Shown piece after piece: positions 9,857-16,853 of a stretch of 32,000 bases of DNA. Both the position numbers and the translations under genes were made by a program. Below the pieces are notes generated by a model. The model made no database searches, was not told where the DNA came from, and saw nothing but the letters and a program-made list of their open reading frames with translations. This stretch comes from an uncultured bacterium. GTDB lineage: Bacteria; Auribacterota; JACPWU01. The stretch lies in the NCBI GenBank assembly GCA_964640155.1, contig CAZXEQ010000010.1, positions 6,063 through 38,062 of the forward strand, in the 5' to 3' direction. Each line of letters starts with the position of its first letter. The stretch's first letter is position 1.

Positions 9857-11086
9857 ATGAATACTTTTGAAATTACAAATATCTATTTTCATAAAGCGGC
9901 TTCTTTAATTGGACTTAACAATCGCGTCCAAGAAGTGCTTTTAAATCCAAGTCGCGAATTAAAAGTCTCTATTTCCATTGAACGCGAAGATGGAACATTA
10001 GCTCATTTTGATGGTTATCGTGTTCAGCACAATAATTCTAGAGGTCCTTTCAAAGGAGGATTGCGTTATCATCCTGAAGTGGATTTGGGAGAAGTCAAGG
10101 GACTGGCTTCTTTAATGACATGGAAAACTGCTGTGGTGGATATTCCCTTTGGAGGTGCTAAGGGTGGGATTACGTGTAATGTACAGTCACTGAGCGAAAA
10201 AGACATTGAAAACTTGACTCGAAAATTTGTTCGTCAAATTTATGAGTTTATTGGTCCCACCGTTGATATTCCAGCTCCTGACATGAATACCAATGCCCAA
10301 ATCATGGCGTGGATTATGGATGAATATTCTAAAATTCGGGGTTATGCCCCGGGTGTTGTTACTGGCAAGCCTATAGAGCTGGGGGGGTCTTGCGGAAGAG
10401 AACAGGCTACAGGGCAAGGTTGTGCAATGATCATTGAAAGATTTTTTCAGGACCAGGGGAAATCTCTTAAAAATATTAGATTTGCAATTCAAGGATTTGG
10501 CAATGTTGGTTATCACTTGTTTCGCTTCCTCTATCAGGCAGGAGCAAAAATCATTGCTGTTTCTGACTCACGAGGAGGTATTTATTCAGAAAAAGGATTG
10601 GTCCTTGATCAACTCCATCAACATTATCAAGTTCAAGGAACGGTTGTAGGCTTTTCTCAAGGTCAACCGATGAGCAATGAAGAACTTCTGGCTTTGGAAT
10701 GTGATTGTTTGGTTCCTGCGGCACTCGGCGGTGTTTTAACCAAAGACAATGCTTCTTCTGTAAAAGCAAAAGTTATTTTAGAGGCTGCCAATGGACCCAC
10801 AACACCTGAGGCTGATGAAATTTTTGAGAAAAAAGACATCATTGTCATTCCAGATATTTTAGCGAATGCAGGGGGTGTGGTTGTCTCTTATTTTGAATGG
10901 GTTCAGAATTTGCAAAGTTTTAGGTGGACCTTAGAACATGTAGAAGGAGAATTAAAGCGAGTCATGACTAAAAGTTATGATGCTGTTCTTCAAATTGCAC
11001 AATCCAAAAAAGTTTCTTTAAGAATAGCAGCTTTTGCTTTAGGTGTTGGAAGAGTTGCAAGGGCTTTAACTTTAAGAGGAGTGTAA
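9857..11086 (+). CDS. gdhA: Glutamate dehydrogenase (Glu/Leu/Phe/Val dehydrogenase family)
   Basis: 409 aa. GPFKGGLRYHPEV and PFGGAKGGI catalytic motifs. Rossmann GFGNVG. C-terminal GGVVVSYFEWVQN. Confidence 0.9.
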   Translation: MNTFEITNIYFHKAASLIGLNNRVQEVLLNPSRELKVSISIEREDGTLAHFDGYRVQHNNSRGPFKGGLRYHPEVDLGEVKGLASLMTWKTAVVDIPFGGAKGGITCNVQSLSEKDIENLTRKFVRQIYEFIGPTVDIPAPDMNTNAQIMAWIMDEYSKIRGYAPGVVTGKPIELGGSCGREQATGQGCAMIIERFFQDQGKSLKNIRFAIQGFGNVGYHLFRFLYQAGAKIIAVSDSRGGIYSEKGLVLDQLHQHYQVQGTVVGFSQGQPMSNEELLALECDCLVPAALGGVLTKDNASSVKAKVILEAANGPTTPEADEIFEKKDIIVIPDILANAGGVVVSYFEWVQNLQSFRWTLEHVEGELKRVMTKSYDAVLQIAQSKKVSLRIAAFALGVGRVARALTLRGV

Positions 11087-11113
11087 AAACAGTTTTAGAG
11101 TTAAACTGTTTTT
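11085..11113 (+). terminator. Hairpin overlapping the gdh stop codon (possible intrinsic or bidirectional terminator)
   Basis: AAAAACAGTTT (11085-11095) pairs perfectly with AAACTGTTTTT (11103-11113), with a 7-nt loop TAGAGTT. The T-run is itself part of the stem. The stem is AT-rich and therefore weak. Confidence 0.4.
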
Positions 11114-11126
11114 AAGGAAACCACAC

Positions 11127-11645
11127 ATGTCCATAGATGTTTTCGCATTTCTAAAACGTTCTGATTTATGTAAGGGCTTTTCAGATCAGGAAATTTTAGA
11201 GTTGAAGCAAAGTTTTGAGTTTTTAGAAGTTTCTCCAGGACATATTCTTTTTGAAAAAGGGGATTTGGCAGATGCTCTTTACATTATTTGTAAAGGAGAT
11301 GTCGAGATTCGAATATCAGAAAATGGACATGAAGAAGCGATTGCAAAACTTTCAGAAAACGCAGTGTTGGGGGAGATGGGTGTTTTGACAGATCAAGTTC
11401 GCTGCGCAACAGCTGTTGCAGTTCACTCGGTTATTGTTTTGAAAATCATGAGAAGTACATTGGAACGTCTTCTTTCTGGAGGAAAATTAGTTGCATTTAA
11501 ATTGGTTTATCAAATTGCAAAAATATTAAGTGTTCGACTGCGTCAAATGGATCAAGCGATGGTTAAACTGATGAATCATCGAGAAAAACCATCTCATGAA
11601 ATTAATCAACTGAGGGCGAAACTTCAATCAGATTGGCCATTTTAA
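11127..11645 (+). CDS. Cyclic nucleotide-binding domain protein (stand-alone, no DNA-binding domain seen)
   Basis: 172 aa. cNMP-binding beta-barrel pattern (GHILFEKGDLADALYIICKGDVEI ... LGEMGVLTDQVRCATAVA). Confidence 0.8.
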   Translation: MSIDVFAFLKRSDLCKGFSDQEILELKQSFEFLEVSPGHILFEKGDLADALYIICKGDVEIRISENGHEEAIAKLSENAVLGEMGVLTDQVRCATAVAVHSVIVLKIMRSTLERLLSGGKLVAFKLVYQIAKILSVRLRQMDQAMVKLMNHREKPSHEINQLRAKLQSDWPF

Positions 11646-11649
11646 AAAC

Positions 11650-12495
11650 ATGAGTGATTCAAAAATACCTTTAAACATTTATAAAGTTTCAAGTCCTTTA
11701 ACAGCAAAAGTTATTGAGAATACTCGACTTACGGGAGCAGAAAGCCCTAATGACACGCATCATGTTGTAATTGATCTATCGCAAAGCCAGTTGGAATATT
11801 TAGAAGGACAAAGCGTGGGAGTGATTCCTCCAGGGAAGGATGAAAATGGAAAACCTTATTCCGTGCGGCTTTATTCCATAGCATCTTCTCGCAGAGGAGA
11901 AAAAAAATATCCTAAAAATGTCTCACTTTGTTTGAAGCGTGTCATTTATTATGATCCTTCAACAGACCATGAAAAAAGAGGTGTTGCGTCCAACTATATT
12001 TGTGACTTAAAACCAGGAGATACTATTCAATTGACAGGGCCTGTGGGGAATCGTTTTTTGCTTCCTGAAAATTTTCAAGACTATCAGTATGTGTTTATTG
12101 CAACGGGGACGGGGATTTCCCCGTATCGAGGAATGCTTACCTATCTTTTTGAAAATGGCTTTAAAGGTCAGGTTTGGTTGATTTTTGGAGTTCCTTATCG
12201 AAGCGATCTTCTTTACGAGAATGAATTTTCTTCTCTTTTAAAATATCCTAACTTTCATTTTGTAACAGCCATCAGTCGTGAAGAGAAAAATAAGGATGGT
12301 TCAAAAATATATGTTCAACATCGTCTTTTAGAAAATAAAGAGATACTGGGTCCTCTGATGATTCAATCTCATACGAGGGCTTATATTTGTGGTTTAAAAG
12401 GGATGGAGAAAGGTATTCAAGAATCTTTTCAAGCCATGCTGACTCAAGATCAATACAACGAAGCGAAAAAAAGAATTTTTGTTGAGGTTTATTGA
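11650..12495 (+). CDS. Ferredoxin-NADP+ reductase, plastidic (plant/cyanobacterial) type
   Basis: 281 aa. FAD motif RLYSIASS, NADP motifs ATGTGISPYRGML and ICGLKGMEKGIQ. The protein ends in ...VEVY, a terminal stacking Tyr as in plastidic FNRs. Starts 4 nt after the cNMP gene. Confidence 0.88.
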   Translation: MSDSKIPLNIYKVSSPLTAKVIENTRLTGAESPNDTHHVVIDLSQSQLEYLEGQSVGVIPPGKDENGKPYSVRLYSIASSRRGEKKYPKNVSLCLKRVIYYDPSTDHEKRGVASNYICDLKPGDTIQLTGPVGNRFLLPENFQDYQYVFIATGTGISPYRGMLTYLFENGFKGQVWLIFGVPYRSDLLYENEFSSLLKYPNFHFVTAISREEKNKDGSKIYVQHRLLENKEILGPLMIQSHTRAYICGLKGMEKGIQESFQAMLTQDQYNEAKKRIFVEVY

Positions 12496-12498
12496 GGT

Positions 12499-13359
12499 GT
12501 GATGATTCGATGGTTAGTGATGTTATCTATAACGTTCTCAATGATTTTTTTCTCGAAAGTACAGGGTTATGGAGAAAATTGGGTTTGGAATTTATCTCTT
12601 TTATTAGGCTTAAGTCTTTTGATTTTCGTTTTAGAGTTTGTATTCACGCGGTATTTTAAATCTTATCTTTTTAGTTTTCTTTTAGGTCCTGCGCTAGGAA
12701 TTTTCTTCTTTAACAGTATTGTTCTTCCTTTGAATTCTGTTTCGTTTGTGACCGCTTTTTTAAGCTTATCTTTCTATCAACTTTTCTTTAAATTGATTTG
12801 CATTTATTTTGGAATGACTCTGTTTTGCTTTTATACTCAAGAACATTTTTGTGTAAAAACTTTTTCTTATTCTTTGAACTTAAAAGAGAGTCCTTCTTTT
12901 CAAAGGCTGAAATGGTTTTTGAGGCTCATTTTTGTTTTTCTTTTTACTGTCTCTTTCTTCTCTTTTATTCAGTCTCAATCACAGGGGGGACAAGACTCCT
13001 CTCGTTGGCTGGCAGATATGGCGCATCAAGGATATGATTTTAATTTAAAAATTCAGGGGGCATGGGATAAAAATGTGATTGTTTTGATAGGATTTATATT
13101 TCTTTTTGGAATTGTGGAGTTTCTGTGCAGTCGTTTTCTGATTCGAAATGCTCTCATTTTGTTTTCCGCTATAAGTTTCGTGATCATCATGTCAGATGTA
13201 TTCATCTCCTCATTGAGTCGACTCGCTAAGGATTTGTCGAGTGATTTTTTGCAGGTCTGGATTTTTATGCTTTGTGCTTATTGGAGTTTTTTTATGGGGA
13301 GAAGTATTGTAAAAATGAAAACGTTTCGATTGCCTTTCATAAAGATTGAGTTTGTATGA
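12499..13359 (+). CDS. Polytopic membrane protein, no recognisable family
   Basis: 286 aa, very Phe/Leu-rich, about 7-8 hydrophobic segments. GTG 12499 / ATG 12502 lie 3-6 nt after the FNR stop. Coding is supported by length and tight operon spacing only. Confidence 0.6.
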   Translation: MMIRWLVMLSITFSMIFFSKVQGYGENWVWNLSLLLGLSLLIFVLEFVFTRYFKSYLFSFLLGPALGIFFFNSIVLPLNSVSFVTAFLSLSFYQLFFKLICIYFGMTLFCFYTQEHFCVKTFSYSLNLKESPSFQRLKWFLRLIFVFLFTVSFFSFIQSQSQGGQDSSRWLADMAHQGYDFNLKIQGAWDKNVIVLIGFIFLFGIVEFLCSRFLIRNALILFSAISFVIIMSDVFISSLSRLAKDLSSDFLQVWIFMLCAYWSFFMGRSIVKMKTFRLPFIKIEFV

Positions 13360-13364
13360 TCCTC

Positions 13365-13498
13365 TATATAAAAGCGTGTCCTTTTGAAAAGTAGTGGGTC
13401 CTGCCACTCGTCAGCCCCATCGTGCTCACGAAAAGTTGCGCTCGATGGGGCACCCCGCCGAGTGTCACCCACATCTATAAAGGACACGCCTTTATATA
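13365..13498 (+). repeat. GC-rich long-hairpin repeat, copy A
   Basis: Aligns end to end with 15121-15244 and with the reverse complement of 20185-20308. Folds as one long hairpin: GCGTGTCCTTT/AAAGGACACGC, GTGGGT/ACCCAC, CACTCG/CGAGTG, CCCCATCG/CGATGGGG. Begins 6 nt after the stop of the upstream gene. Confidence 0.9.
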
Positions 13499-13532
13499 CA
13501 AAATTATTATGGAAAAATAATTTGAGACATTG

Positions 13533-14483
13533 ATGAGAATAAAATTAAGCATTTTATTGTTTTTGATTTGTAGTCTTTCCTCTTTACAGGCAGAGATTCA
13601 ACCCACTACTTCAGAATTGCAGGATTTAAAGGCTTTGCAAGGAAAGGTTAAAGGGAAAATTTTGTTTCAATCAAATCGAGATCATCTTTGGCAAATTTAT
13701 CAGATGGATGTAGATGGGCGACATTTAAAAAGATTATCCGATGGTAAATCGAATGATCAAAATCCGGTTTGGTCGTCTAAAGACCATCGTATCTTTTTTT
13801 TCTCAAATCGTTCTGGTCTCTATCAGATTTATTCTATGAATGAAAAAGGGGGAGATATTCAAAAAGTTACAGAAGGGGACAAAGAAGAAAGATTGTGCAA
13901 TTTAAATAGGGATGCATCAAAGCTTCTGTTTCAAATTAATAAAAAAGATGCTATGAAAGCTTTTATTCGAGATCTTTCAGATCAGACTGTTCATGAAATT
14001 GATTTTTCGCAGTTTCCCGGTTGTAATGGGAAGATTTTCCCGATGCTTTCCCCAGATGGGCAAAAAATAGCATTTCTTTTCAAAGGAGGACAAGGAGCAA
14101 AGAGAGCGATCTATGTTGGAGATTTAGACTCCAGCTATCGTTTGAAAAATATTATTCCTATTCATTTGGGATGTTTTGTTGCATGGGCAAAAGACTCTGC
14201 TTCTTTTATCATGTGTTTTTTTGCTCCCGGAGGAACAGCTTTGCATTGGGTTAAAGCAGATGGATCAGAATTTACACCTCTGACAGAAGCAGGGCGATGG
14301 AATTATTTTCCTTGCTGGTCTACCGATGAAAAGTGGATTGCTTGGTCAGCCAGCCCTACCGAGCATCATGAGTATGAACAAGGCCCCTATTATGATATTT
14401 ATATTGCTTCTTTAGAAAATCGTAAACCCATTCGCTTAACATTTCAAACAGGTGCTGATTTAGTCACCAGTTGGAGAGAGTAA
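13533..14483 (+). CDS. Periplasmic TolB-like beta-propeller (PD40/WD40-like repeat) protein
   Basis: Signal peptide MRIKLSILLFLICSLSSLQA. Repeated PD40-like units (LFQSNRDHLWQIYQMDVDG..., PVWSSKDHRIFFFSNRSGLYQIYSMN..., PMLSPDGQKIAF...). The ORF track starts at TTG 13530; ATG 13533 is preferred. Confidence 0.75.
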   Translation: MRIKLSILLFLICSLSSLQAEIQPTTSELQDLKALQGKVKGKILFQSNRDHLWQIYQMDVDGRHLKRLSDGKSNDQNPVWSSKDHRIFFFSNRSGLYQIYSMNEKGGDIQKVTEGDKEERLCNLNRDASKLLFQINKKDAMKAFIRDLSDQTVHEIDFSQFPGCNGKIFPMLSPDGQKIAFLFKGGQGAKRAIYVGDLDSSYRLKNIIPIHLGCFVAWAKDSASFIMCFFAPGGTALHWVKADGSEFTPLTEAGRWNYFPCWSTDEKWIAWSASPTEHHEYEQGPYYDIYIASLENRKPIRLTFQTGADLVTSWRE

Positions 14484-14485
14484 CA

Positions 14486-15145
14486 ATGCCTTCACCTTTA
14501 GGTCATGCCTTAGCCAGTGCCCTGTTACATCGAGTAAAATTTCCGGGGAAATGGTTGTCAGATTGGAAAAGATTGGTTTTTCATCTTTTCTGTGGTATTT
14601 GTCCAGATCTTGATTTTATTCCGGGACTATTGATTGGGAATATTAATCGTTTTCATCATGGGTTCTCACATAGTTTCTTTGGGGCTTTTTGTATAGCGAT
14701 GGGGCTTTGGGTTTTTTATGGATTTTGGCGCTCTTCGTGGAAAGTTGTCGATGGACTCTTTATTTTTTCGCTTGTGGTTCTTCATCCTATCATGGATTTT
14801 TTAGCGATGGATACATCCTTTGCTTATGGATGTCCTTTGCTCTATCCCTTTGTGAAAACTTCTTATATTAGTCCGTATGTATTCTTTGAAGATATTCAAA
14901 GACCTAGCTTGATGGGATTTTTATTTAGCCGTAATAATCTTTTGGCTTTTTGGATTGAATTTTCTTTTTTTATTCCTCTCTTATTAGCTGCAACTTTTGC
15001 AAAGAGAAGAAAATGGATTTGGATGTTGGCTGGAGCTATTTCATTGAGTGTTCTTCTTTTTTATCTTCATAAGGTATATATTACTTCTTCAGGGATTGAA
15101 TTTATAAGGGTGTTGTCTATCAAAATATGTTTTTTAAATAGGTAG
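14486..15145 (+). CDS. Membrane-bound metal-dependent hydrolase, YdjM/DUF457 family
   Basis: MPSPLGHALASALL start and FHHGFSHSF motif typical of YdjM-like proteins, with several TM segments. The last 8 codons and the TAG stop (15143-15145) lie inside repeat copy B. ATG 14486 is preferred over TTG 14471. Confidence 0.7.
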   Translation: MPSPLGHALASALLHRVKFPGKWLSDWKRLVFHLFCGICPDLDFIPGLLIGNINRFHHGFSHSFFGAFCIAMGLWVFYGFWRSSWKVVDGLFIFSLVVLHPIMDFLAMDTSFAYGCPLLYPFVKTSYISPYVFFEDIQRPSLMGFLFSRNNLLAFWIEFSFFIPLLLAATFAKRRKWIWMLAGAISLSVLLFYLHKVYITSSGIEFIRVLSIKICFLNR

Positions 15146-15244
15146 CGGGGCCTGCCACTCGTCAGCCCCACCGTGCTCACGAAAAGTTGCGCGCGGTGGG
15201 GCCCCCCGCCGAGCGTCACCCGCATTTATAAAAAACATATTTTG
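15121..15244 (+). repeat. GC-rich long-hairpin repeat, copy B
   Basis: Core differs from copy A at about 9 of about 90 positions (hand count). Outer stem is ATATGTTTTTT/AAAAAACATAT; inner stems are GCGGG/CCCGC, CACTCG/CGAGCG and CCCCACCG/CGGTGGGG. Overlaps the 3' end of the ydjM-like gene and ends 24 nt before the prpD ATG. Confidence 0.9.
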
Positions 15245-15268
15245 ATTTATAAGTGTTGGAGGAAAATA

Positions 15269-16627
15269 ATGAATCTTGCTCAAAAAATGAGTCACTATGC
15301 ATCGAATTTGTCTTATCAAATGCTTCCCAAAGAAGTGATTCATCAGGCTAAACGGCATTTTTTAGATGCTTTGGCTTGTTCGTTAGGGGCTTTGTCTTCA
15401 GAGCCAGCAAAGGCCATCAAAAAAGTGGTACAGCGTGTAAAAGATTCACAAGGATCAACTTTACTTGGAACTTCTCAAAAAACGACTCCAGATTTAGCAG
15501 CTTTCTATAATGGAACATTGATCCGATATTTGGATTACAACGATACCTATCTTTCTAAAGAGCCGGCTCATCCCAGCGATAATATTGCAGCGACTTTAAC
15601 ACTTGCTGAAAGTTGCGGACGCAATGGGAAAGATTTTATAACAGCCTTGGTTCTTGCCTATGAAATTCAATGTCGACTGTGTGATGCCGCTTCTATCCGA
15701 GCGCATGGCTGGGATCATGTAACCTATGGACTTTTTTCTACTACGCTGGCTGCTGCAAAACTGCTTAAGCTTTCTCCTGTAAAAATGGAACACGCCCTTG
15801 GAATTTCTGCAACTGGGCATATTGCTTTGCGCCAAACCAGGTCGGGAGAGCTTTCCATGTGGAAAGGTTCTGCTTTTGCCAATACAGCTCGAAACGGTGT
15901 TTTTTCAGCACTTCTTGCTGAGCAGGGGATGACAGGTCCAGCTCCTATTTTCGAAGGAGAATTCGGATTTTTTAAATTGGTTTCAGGTTCTTTTGAAATG
16001 AATGAGTGGGGTGGGAAAAACAATCGCTTTAAAATCATGGACTGTTTTATTAAATATTTTCCAGCAGAATATCATGCCCAGGCAGCGATTGAAGCTGCTT
16101 TAGAGTTAGGTTCTAAAATTTCTAATATTCATGACATTGAAAAAATTTCTGTAAAAACTTTTAAAGCAGCTTGTGAAATCATTGCAGGAGAACCTGAGAA
16201 GTGGCATCCGCAATCTCGAGAAACAGCAGATCATAGTCTTCCTTATTGCGTGGCTGTGGCTTTAATGGATGGAAAAGTAGAGCTTGCTCAGTTTAAGGAA
16301 AAAAGAATTTTGGATTCCAAACTTCAATCTTTTATACAAAAAATTACGGTCGAGGAAGATACATCTCTTACTCGTAAATATCCCTATTCACTTCCTGTGA
16401 ATATAAAAATTATAATGAAATCAGGGCAAGTTTTGGAAAAATATTTGGAAAATCCCAAAGGGCATGCCAGCCGACCTTTAAGTGATTCTGAAATTGAACA
16501 AAAATTTAAAACCCTTGCGAAAAATAGATTATCTTCACGGCAACAAGTAAAAATTTTAGATCAAATATGGAATTTAGAGAAGGTGAAGGATATAGGAGCT
16601 TTTGTTAGATTGTTTGCAACCGTTTAA
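15269..16627 (+). CDS. prpD: 2-methylcitrate dehydratase (MmgE/PrpD family)
   Basis: PrpD-family pattern throughout (FLDALACSLGA, DYNDTYL, HPSD, GWDHVT, ADHSLPY). ATG 15269 is preceded by GGAGG at 15258-15262. The ORF-track start at 15173 reads through repeat B and is an artefact. Sits in a cluster with prpB and prpC. Confidence 0.88.
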   Translation: MNLAQKMSHYASNLSYQMLPKEVIHQAKRHFLDALACSLGALSSEPAKAIKKVVQRVKDSQGSTLLGTSQKTTPDLAAFYNGTLIRYLDYNDTYLSKEPAHPSDNIAATLTLAESCGRNGKDFITALVLAYEIQCRLCDAASIRAHGWDHVTYGLFSTTLAAAKLLKLSPVKMEHALGISATGHIALRQTRSGELSMWKGSAFANTARNGVFSALLAEQGMTGPAPIFEGEFGFFKLVSGSFEMNEWGGKNNRFKIMDCFIKYFPAEYHAQAAIEAALELGSKISNIHDIEKISVKTFKAACEIIAGEPEKWHPQSRETADHSLPYCVAVALMDGKVELAQFKEKRILDSKLQSFIQKITVEEDTSLTRKYPYSLPVNIKIIMKSGQVLEKYLENPKGHASRPLSDSEIEQKFKTLAKNRLSSRQQVKILDQIWNLEKVKDIGAFVRLFATV

Positions 16628-16638
16628 CAGTGCAAATA

Positions 16639-16779
16639 GATCATCCCTCAGAGTGTTCAGACACGTTCGTTTACCCCTGCGAGGTAAACGAACTTGAGAG
16701 GACGATCTCGCTCCCCCGATGTTTATCGGGGACCATGCTCGCTTGATCTCCAATGGTCTTCACACTTTGTTGGATGATC
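16639..16779 (+). other. Multi-hairpin GC-enriched structured insert between prpD and prpB (candidate ncRNA or MITE-like element)
   Basis: Closing stem GATCATCC..CAGAGTGT (16639-16656) pairs with ACACTTTG..GGATGATC (16762-16779). Internal perfect 11-bp hairpin GTTCGTTTACC/GGTAAACGAAC (16665-16693). Hairpin CCCCGAT-GTTT-ATCGGGG (16714-16731). Hairpin (G)ACCAT/ATGGT(C) (16731-16758). Confidence 0.65.
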
Positions 16780-16853
16780 ATGATAACTCTTATTTATATG
16801 TATTAACTATTTGAGACAGGACTCGTTTCATAAATTTTAAAAAATCGAGAACT

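Noticed and set aside
13278-13487. Minus-strand ORFs running through repeat copies A and B (13278-13487, 13210-13407, 15134-15358) share a peptide-like segment, GD(T/A)RRGAP..ATFREH.GADEWQ. This could suggest a small conserved protein.
   Set aside because: The third copy has a 1-nt length difference and a different apical loop, which shifts the frame (..RATSTRTRWGALTSD). The substitutions between copies fall as compensatory pairs in stems. No RBS or consistent start is present. The similarity is a by-product of the nucleotide repeat.
13365-15244. Integron-like interpretation: attC-type imperfect palindromes following cassettes, with a tyrosine recombinase (xerC-like) in the window.
   Set aside because: The element ends lack the R''/R' core sites (RYYYAAC / GTTRRRY). 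The recombinase is 11 kb away and looks like ordinary XerC/D. Copy C is inverted, and the flanked genes are ordinary operon members.
15173-15268. The ORF-track N-terminal extension of prpD (MLTKSCARWGPPPSVTRIYKK...).
   Set aside because: It reads straight through repeat copy B. A GGAGG RBS and ATG at 15269 give a normal PrpD N-terminus (MNLAQKMSHYASNL).
16665-16693. The hairpin stem GTTCGTTT.../...AACGAAC is shared with a looser hairpin at 21011-21051 downstream of cvpA (GTTCGTTTCG...GTGAACGAAT).
   Set aside because: Only an 8-mer and a 6-mer match, which is expected about once by chance in a window this size. The loops and flanks are unrelated.
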